A stretch of DNA of 12,086 nt from a bacterium (GTDB lineage: Bacteria; Zhuqueibacterota; Zhuqueibacteria; Oceanimicrobiales; Oceanimicrobiaceae): the NCBI GenBank assembly GCA_046757165.1, contig JBHHXT010000148.1, positions 1 to 12,086 of the forward strand, read 5' to 3'. Both the position numbers and the translations under genes were made by a program. Below are positions 6,464-12,086 of the stretch, one piece after another (within the stretch, counting starts at the first letter, position 1; each line of letters begins with the position of its first letter). The notes under the pieces were generated by a model. That model worked only from the letters and a program-made list of their open reading frames with translations, was not told where the DNA came from and did no database searches.

Positions 6464-9400
6464 ATGGTTTTACGCGACTGCCTACGGACGGTTGGTCATG
6501 CATCTTTGGAGAAACTTGAATTGGCATCTAGGAATTCGCATCAGTCTGGCAAGAGTACGTTGCGCAAAGGGACCCCGTTAGGTCTTTTCGGCCTGCTCTT
6601 TTCACTTGTTCTGGCCTCGTCGGTCTTTTCTCAGCCGACCTTCACACGGCATACGATTGACAATAATCTGCGGGGGGCATACTGGGTTTATGCCAAAGAC
6701 ATCGACAAAGATGGCGACATCGATCTGGTGTCGGCCTCTTTTGACGGCACGGAGTGGTGGGAAAACGATGGCACAGAAACGTTTAGCAAGCACTTCCTGG
6801 GAACGCTGCAGGGCTCCTGGGGGGCACACGCCGACGATATAGACAACGACGGGGACGTCGACATCTTAGGCTGCTCTCCGGCTGAAGATATCACGATTTT
6901 GTATCGCAACAAAGGAGCGCAGACGTTCAGCAAGATCATCGTCGACGACCGCGGCCTGGACCCCGAGCGGGTGTTTACGGCTGACATCGACGGGGATGGC
7001 GATAAAGATATTTTGGTCCCGGTCTGGGAAAACCGCGATCTGGTGTGGTATGAGAACAGAGGTGACGCGTTTCGGAAACATACGATCGACGGCAACCTGG
7101 CTGGCGCTCATTCCATCTACGCCGCAGACTTTGACGGCGATGGTGAGCTGGATGTGGTCGGGTCAGGGTCCTCGAAGACGCGATGGTACCGGAACAACGG
7201 AGGGGGCAGTTTTACCGGCTTTACCATCGATTTCGATGGCGGCTGGAGCGTCAATGCGGCCGATATCGACCACGACGGCGATATGGATTTTGTGCGCACC
7301 CAGCGCGACAACGGCGACGTCGATTGGTACGAAAACGACGGTGACGGCACCTTCATACAACACAACATCGAGCAGGATTATGGCCAGTGCTGGTCTGCCG
7401 TGGCTGGAGACATTGATGGCGACGGGGATCTAGACGTGGCTGCCGCAGGCTTTGACGCCAACAACATCAAGGTGTGGTTCAATCTCGGTGACGGCAGCTT
7501 CGGCACCGGTATTGTGGTTCAGACTGTGAATACGCCGCGGGCCGTTTTTATCCAGGATTTGGACGGCGACGGCGACGGCGACATCGCCGCTGCCATCCGC
7601 GGGGACCGGGACCTGGTCTGGTACGAGGTGGACGGCGTTCCCCCGCCCATCGGGACGATTGCAGTGACCAGCCCAAACGGAGGAGAGACGCTTACAGACG
7701 GTCAGACGGCCAACATCACCTGGAGCTCAACCGGCCCGTTCGCTAACGTCGCTATCGATTTGTCCGTCGACAACGGCAGCACCTGGACCTCTGTTGCAAG
7801 CAATACGAGCAACGATGGCAGCATGTCCTGGACGGTCCCAGGCACGGTCTCGAATACGTGTTTGATCAAGATCTACGATGCGGCGGATGGCTTCCCTTCT
7901 GATACCAGCGATGATGTTTTCGCGATTCAGGGCGCGTCCACCCCCATGCCGGAGATTACCGCTTTTACGCCAACCAGCGGGGCGCCCGGAGCTGAAGTCA
8001 CTGTTTTCGGCAACAACTTGAGTGGGGTGACCAGCGTTCAGTTCAACGGCACTGCGGCGAGCTTTGGAGTGCAGTCAGACGGTGAAATTCTGGCCGTTGT
8101 GCCGGTCGGCGCAACCACCGGCAAGCTGAGTGTCAGCGGTAGCGCCGGTACCGGCCAGAGCGCGAACGATTTTGCGGTGACCTCCGGCAACGGCGGCACC
8201 TTGTCGACCTTCCTTCCCATCGAAGACGCCAGGGTCAAGGCGAGCCGACCGGACAACAATTATGGCTCCAGTACCAAATTGTATGTGGAACAAGGCCAGT
8301 TCAAGAGCTACTTGAAGTTTGATGTGCAGGGAGTGAGCGGCAGAGTCACACGCGCAGTTTTGCGTCTCAGGGTAGACAATGCGAGTGACGACGGGGGCAC
8401 CATTTACCTGGCTTCGAACAATTACGCCGGTACCAACGATACATGGGACGAAAAAAATCTGACGTACAACAATTCCCCGGAGATCATCAGTGCCGGATTG
8501 AGCAGCATTGGCGCTGTTGTGGTCGGCCAGCAGATCGAGTTCGATGTTACCGCGGTTGTGGCGGGAAATGGCCTTTACAGCTTTTGTCTCGCGAACACCT
8601 CCACCAACAAAGTGAATTACTTTTCCAAAGAAGGGAGCGTTACACCACAGCTCGTCATTGAAACCGACGACACGGGTGGCCCAGCTCAATATAGCTTGAC
8701 GGTTGGCGAGCAAGGCGCGGGGAGCGTGGCTCTGGACCCGGCCGGCGGAACTTATGATGAGAATACCGTCGTGCGGCTCACCGCGACTGCGGACGCCGGG
8801 TGGCAGTTTAGTGGCTGGAGTGGCGATTTGAACGGAAGTCAGAACCCGGCCACGCTTTTGATGGACGGCAACAAAACCGTCACAGCCATTTTTACCGAAA
8901 GTGGCGGCTCGCAAGCCCTTTCCTTTTCTGCGCGACATGACGGCCAGGTGAAGCTCACCGATGCCGGCGCCAACTATGGCACGAAAAGCACCACAAAGGT
9001 TGAAGTCAACAAGTTTGTTTCTTATTTCAAATTTGATGTTTCCGGATTGACGGGATCGGTACAGTCGGCCCGGTTGCGGCTCTATGTCACCGGTGCCAGC
9101 GTCGATGGGGGCGAGATTTACGCGGTCTCGAACCACTACTTGAACACGACCACGCCCTGGGAAGAATCCTTGCTGACCTCCGGCAACGCCCCTCGAGTTT
9201 CCGGTGCACCGCTGGCGAGTTTAGGCAAGGTGACCGCAAACCAGTTTGTGGAAGTGAAAGTCACAAGTGGTGTGCCCGGAAACGGGACATTCAGCTTCGC
9301 CATCAAGAACAATTCGAAGGACCTGGCAAAGTTCTACACCAAAGAAGGTGCCTTCCCGCCTGAGCTGATCGTTGAAACAGGAACGGGAGGCGGTACGACA

Positions 9401-11482
9401 CAGACGTTGTCTGTCTCGACTCAGGGGGCCGGAACCGTTACGCTCAACCCGGCCGGCGGGGTTTACGACCAGGGCACGCCGGTGCAGTTGACCGCCACTC
9501 CGGATGCCGGCTGGCAGTTTAGCGGCTGGAGCGGCGATTTGAGCGGTGCAGCCAACCCGGCTTCCATCACCATGGATGCCGACAAACAGGTCACGGCAAC
9601 GTTTACTGAAGTGAGTGCGCCACAATATACCCTGACCGTGACGACACAAGGCTCGGGCAGCGTTGCGCTCGACCCTGCGGGAGGGGTGTATGATGACGGC
9701 ACACAGGTACAGTTGACCGCACTGCCGGCGGCGGGCTGGCAATTTAATAGTTGGAATGGTGACCTGACAGGTACAGAAACGGTCAAGACAGTGAGCATGA
9801 CCTCGCACAAGAATGTCAGTGCCACGTTTACAGAACAAAGCGGGGGCGGCAACGCGATCACTTTCACTCCCATCGAGGATTCGCAAGTCAAGTCCACCAG
9901 GCCCACGCGAAGCTACGGCGGAGAACCTGTCATCCGGGTTCGGAAGGGCAGTCCGACTTACATGTCTTATTTGAAGTTTGATGTCAGCGGATTGCCGGGT
10001 CCTGTCACCCGTGCGACAATTCGGCTCTATGTTTTGGATGAGGGGCCGGATGGGGGCTCAGTTTATTCTGTGTCTAACCATTATAAGGGAACGAATGCGC
10101 CGTGGGATGAAGATGGATTGGTCTGGGATAACGCGCCTGTCATAGATGGTGCTGGGCTCAGTAGCGCAGGCCCGGTTCAGCTTGGGACCTGGATTGAGCT
10201 GGATGTGACCCAGGCCGTTGTGGGAAACGGCGTCGTCAGTTTCGGCATGTTGAACAATGCCTCGAACAGCGTCAAGTACAGCTCGAGCGAAGGGGACCAC
10301 AAACCCGAGCTGGTGGTTGCGTCGGATGCAGGAAGCGGCGCCGAAAACAGCCCGCCTGTGGCTGTCGATGATAACGAAACAATCGAACCGGGCCTCGCTG
10401 TGGTCACGAGCGTGGCTGAGAATGATTTCGATCCGGACGGAACGGTCGATGTGACTACGATCACGATCATCGACCAGCCTGCGGACGGTTCTGTTTCTGT
10501 CAATCCCTTTTCAGGGCTCGTGACGTATCTTCCCGGCAGCAATTTTTCTGGCAGCGATAGCTTCACCTACACCATCAGGGATAATGACGGCGCGACCTCG
10601 AACATTGCGACCGTCACGGTTCAAGCGGCCGGCGGCGGTGGCACGGTGACACTCACCTTCGGGGCAACCGAAGACAGTCAGGTGAAGGTGACCGAACCGG
10701 GCAGAAACTACGGAGCGAAGACGACGACAAAAGTCGAGAAAAATATGTTCCGCTCTTATTTCAAGTTTGACCTGACGGGCATCACCGGGCCGGTTCAAAA
10801 TGCCAGGCTTCGCTTGTTTGTCACGGGCGCAAGTGTGGACGGCGGCTCGGTTTATCAGGTATCCAACCAGTTCTTCAACTCAACGACCCCCTGGCAGGAG
10901 GAGACTCTGACCGCCGGGAACGCCCCCCAGATTTCCGGGGCGCCAATCTCCACCCTGGGGGCAGTCCCCCTGGATACGTTTGTGGAATGTGATGTGACAG
11001 CGGCCGTCGATGGCAACGGCGTGGTTAGCTTTGCCGTTGCGAGCACCACCACCGACCAGGCCCGGTACAGCACCAGGGAAGGCCTTCATCCCCCCAAGCT
11101 TATCGTGGACTTCAGCACGACATCTTCTCCGGTGTCAAAGGAGACGGAGGATGGAATCACTCTGCAGCGGCCATCGGGAAACAGCACGGCCCCGGTTTTG
11201 CCCGACAGGGTGAGCCTCAGTCAGAACTATCCCAATCCCTTCAACGCCGGGACTACCATCGAGTATGCGCTGCCGCAGCGCACGCATGTCAAGATTATCA
11301 TCTACAATCTCCTGGGCCAGCAGGTCCGCATCCTGGTCGATGGCGTGCAAGCGGCCGGGTTCAAAAAGGTTCAGTGGAATGGCAGAAACAAGGCCGGCCA
11401 CGACGTTGGGACGGGCGTTTATTTCGTCCGCTTGGTCGTCGGTGAGCGGAAGTTGATTCGGAAGATTACTTTGCAGAAATAA
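6464..11482 (+). CDS. Large secreted multidomain protein: FG-GAP/VCBS beta-propeller, Ig-like, IPT/TIG, 4x DNRLRE/CBM96-like, 3x InlB-B-repeat-like, Big_9-like, and C-terminal T9SS-type/FlgD-Ig sorting domain
   Basis: 1672-aa ORF. Signal-like LGLFGLLFSLVLASSVFS-QP; seven DxDxDG(D/E)xD motifs; VTSPNGGE domain; ITAFTPTSGAPGAEVTVFG (IPT); four 'D..V......NYG....SY.KFD.SG..G.V..A.LRL.V' modules; three 'G.G.V.L.PAGG.YD..T.V.LTA....GWQF..W.GDL' modules; NSPPVAVDD..DSFTYTIRDNDGATSN; LSQNYPNPFN..IYNLLGQQVR..WNGRN..G..VGTGVYF. The true start may be downstream (e.g. TTG 6560). Confidence 0.92.
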   Translation: MVLRDCLRTVGHASLEKLELASRNSHQSGKSTLRKGTPLGLFGLLFSLVLASSVFSQPTFTRHTIDNNLRGAYWVYAKDIDKDGDIDLVSASFDGTEWWENDGTETFSKHFLGTLQGSWGAHADDIDNDGDVDILGCSPAEDITILYRNKGAQTFSKIIVDDRGLDPERVFTADIDGDGDKDILVPVWENRDLVWYENRGDAFRKHTIDGNLAGAHSIYAADFDGDGELDVVGSGSSKTRWYRNNGGGSFTGFTIDFDGGWSVNAADIDHDGDMDFVRTQRDNGDVDWYENDGDGTFIQHNIEQDYGQCWSAVAGDIDGDGDLDVAAAGFDANNIKVWFNLGDGSFGTGIVVQTVNTPRAVFIQDLDGDGDGDIAAAIRGDRDLVWYEVDGVPPPIGTIAVTSPNGGETLTDGQTANITWSSTGPFANVAIDLSVDNGSTWTSVASNTSNDGSMSWTVPGTVSNTCLIKIYDAADGFPSDTSDDVFAIQGASTPMPEITAFTPTSGAPGAEVTVFGNNLSGVTSVQFNGTAASFGVQSDGEILAVVPVGATTGKLSVSGSAGTGQSANDFAVTSGNGGTLSTFLPIEDARVKASRPDNNYGSSTKLYVEQGQFKSYLKFDVQGVSGRVTRAVLRLRVDNASDDGGTIYLASNNYAGTNDTWDEKNLTYNNSPEIISAGLSSIGAVVVGQQIEFDVTAVVAGNGLYSFCLANTSTNKVNYFSKEGSVTPQLVIETDDTGGPAQYSLTVGEQGAGSVALDPAGGTYDENTVVRLTATADAGWQFSGWSGDLNGSQNPATLLMDGNKTVTAIFTESGGSQALSFSARHDGQVKLTDAGANYGTKSTTKVEVNKFVSYFKFDVSGLTGSVQSARLRLYVTGASVDGGEIYAVSNHYLNTTTPWEESLLTSGNAPRVSGAPLASLGKVTANQFVEVKVTSGVPGNGTFSFAIKNNSKDLAKFYTKEGAFPPELIVETGTGGGTTQTLSVSTQGAGTVTLNPAGGVYDQGTPVQLTATPDAGWQFSGWSGDLSGAANPASITMDADKQVTATFTEVSAPQYTLTVTTQGSGSVALDPAGGVYDDGTQVQLTALPAAGWQFNSWNGDLTGTETVKTVSMTSHKNVSATFTEQSGGGNAITFTPIEDSQVKSTRPTRSYGGEPVIRVRKGSPTYMSYLKFDVSGLPGPVTRATIRLYVLDEGPDGGSVYSVSNHYKGTNAPWDEDGLVWDNAPVIDGAGLSSAGPVQLGTWIELDVTQAVVGNGVVSFGMLNNASNSVKYSSSEGDHKPELVVASDAGSGAENSPPVAVDDNETIEPGLAVVTSVAENDFDPDGTVDVTTITIIDQPADGSVSVNPFSGLVTYLPGSNFSGSDSFTYTIRDNDGATSNIATVTVQAAGGGGTVTLTFGATEDSQVKVTEPGRNYGAKTTTKVEKNMFRSYFKFDLTGITGPVQNARLRLFVTGASVDGGSVYQVSNQFFNSTTPWQEETLTAGNAPQISGAPISTLGAVPLDTFVECDVTAAVDGNGVVSFAVASTTTDQARYSTREGLHPPKLIVDFSTTSSPVSKETEDGITLQRPSGNSTAPVLPDRVSLSQNYPNPFNAGTTIEYALPQRTHVKIIIYNLLGQQVRILVDGVQAAGFKKVQWNGRNKAGHDVGTGVYFVRLVVGERKLIRKITLQK
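6632..7636 (+). repeat. Seven FG-GAP/VCBS-like Ca-binding repeats (predicted 7-bladed beta-propeller)
   Basis: DIDKDGDID, DIDNDGDVD, DIDGDGDKD, DFDGDGELD, DIDHDGDMD, DIDGDGDLD and DLDGDGDGD, each followed by a W/Y-Y/W-E/R-N type motif at roughly 47-49 aa periodicity. Confidence 0.85.
8210..11112 (+). repeat. Interleaved intragenic domain repeats: DNRLRE/CBM96-like (~8210-8665, ~8924-9380, ~9863-10320, ~10658-11112) and InlB-B-repeat-like (~8690-8899, ~9404-9610, ~9626-9835)
   Basis: Self-similarity in the translation (YFKFDVSGLTGSVQSARLRLYVTGASVDGG vs YFKFDLTGITGPVQNARLRLFVTGASVDGG) and in the DNA (TGGCAGTTTAGTGGCTGGAGTGGCGATTTG vs TGGCAGTTTAGCGGCTGGAGCGGCGATTTG). Boundaries are approximate. 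Confidence 0.82.
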
Positions 11483-11483
11483 G

Positions 11484-11903
11484 CTATTTTGCTGTGATCA
11501 AAATAGCTCCCCCTTCGTGTCCCATCCCGAAACGTTGCGTGGCTTGCCAGCTTTTCAGGTATTCGACTTTCCCGACTTGATGGTAGGAGATATTGTAAAG
11601 CTCATTGATCCTGCCGAATCGGACCCCGTTGACGTAGACGATGGGCTCGGCCTGGATGACGCCTTTTGCGACCGAGTGCTGGGACCGGGGTCTGAGATAG
11701 TGCGGCCGCAGAAATTGGATGAGCTCGAAGGCATTTTGCATGGGCCGTTTCTCCAGGGCAGCAATGATTTCCTCATGGGAGATGACGTTGTACCCTTCAG
11801 AGGGCTCCTGCCCGCCTTTGGTTGAAGCGCAGGCGCACAGGCTTGCGCTCAGACAGAGAAGGACAAAGGTGAGGCCGTCCGGCCTCCTGACACGATCTAA
11901 CAT
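11484..11903 (-). CDS. Lipoprotein consisting of a stand-alone TonB-dependent receptor plug-like domain
   Basis: 139 aa. Lipobox SLCAC; VISHEEI; NAFELIQFLRP; PIVYVNGV; 'L..I....V..VEYLK...AT.RFG....GGAILITAK' matches the plug-domain pattern 'I..IEVLK...A...YG....GGVI.I.TK'. SD-like AAGGTGAG lies just upstream. Confidence 0.8.
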   Translation of the reverse strand: MLDRVRRPDGLTFVLLCLSASLCACASTKGGQEPSEGYNVISHEEIIAALEKRPMQNAFELIQFLRPHYLRPRSQHSVAKGVIQAEPIVYVNGVRFGRINELYNISYHQVGKVEYLKSWQATQRFGMGHEGGAILITAK

Positions 11904-11925
11904 CGCTCACCTTTTCTTCAACGGA

Positions 11926-12001
11926 TTCAGGTGTTCAGAGTTTAGGTGTTCACGCTTTAGCGTGTTTTCTCCCCTCCCCAGCAAGCTGAAGCTTGAACAC
12001 C
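11926..12001. repeat. Short degenerate direct repeats (GGTGTTCA) with one inverted copy
   Basis: GGTGTTCA at 11930-11937 and 11945-11952 (15-nt period), a degenerate CGTGTTTT at 11961-11968, and an inverted TGAACACC at 11994-12001. Confidence 0.45.
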
Positions 12002-12045
12002 GTTCCCCCCCCGGTCTCCCGGTCAGGAGCAGCTCAGCTTAGCGC

Positions 12046-12083
12046 ATAACCTTGCGAAGGTTTGGAAACCTTCGCAAGGTTAT
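12046..12083. repeat. Perfect 38-bp palindrome, REP-like element
   Basis: ATAACCTTGCGAAGGTTT-GG-AAACCTTCGCAAGGTTAT has 18-bp perfect arms. Each arm holds an internal AACCTT-4nt-AAGGTT mini-palindrome, the doublet layout typical of REP/REPIN elements. Confidence 0.8.
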
Positions 12084-12086
12084 CAG

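Noticed and set aside
7562..7582. (GACGGC)x3.5 microsatellite as a phase-variation tract
   Set aside because: In-frame hexamer that simply encodes the DGDGDGD Ca-binding loop.
8690..9835. Recurrent DNA repeats as a CRISPR array or DGR template/variable repeat pair
   Set aside because: They are coding domain repeats differing mainly at synonymous sites, with no constant spacer length, no adenine-specific mismatch pattern, and no cas or reverse transcriptase gene in the window.
8075..9886. Long antisense ORFs (353 aa and 221 aa) inside the adhesin gene
   Set aside because: Expected from GC-rich codon bias on the opposite strand; the translations look non-protein-like and have no motifs.
12005..12012. 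Poly-C tract (C8) as a contingency locus
   Set aside because: Short, intergenic and not demonstrably within a promoter; no evidence of length variation from a single sequence.
11517..12042. + strand ORFs of 102 aa and 107 aa over the plug-lipoprotein gene
   Set aside because: Antisense shadows; the minus-strand ORF has the lipobox, SD and domain motif.

Overview
Bacterial genomic window with two halves. Left (minus strand): a small secreted His/Cys-rich ORF ending in IFHPP, followed by a highly structured 194-nt spacer and a complete heavy-metal RND efflux operon czcC-czcB-czcA. Downstream, and missed by the ORF track, is the 5' end of an AAA_14/DUF4143-type ATPase gene with a near-consensus, apparently leaderless sigma70 promoter embedded in a 41-bp palindrome. 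Right: a divergent 1672-aa secreted modular protein (7 FG-GAP/VCBS repeats, Ig/IPT domains, 4 DNRLRE/CBM96-like modules, 3 InlB-B-repeat-like modules, a Big_9-like domain and a YPNPFN/FlgD-Ig C-terminal sorting domain). It abuts head-on a stand-alone TonB-plug-like lipoprotein gene. The protein style suggests an FCB-related lineage such as KSB1 or Calditrichota (inference only). Several palindromic REP-like elements lie in the intergenic regions. The most interesting hypothesis is that the upstream ORF is a metal-sensing ribosome-arrest leader (CruR/CutF-like) controlling czcCBA through RNA structure, since no transcriptional regulator lies next to the operon. The CzcB adaptor also appears to lack the alpha-helical hairpin. 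All domain calls come from motif recognition by eye; no database searches were run.
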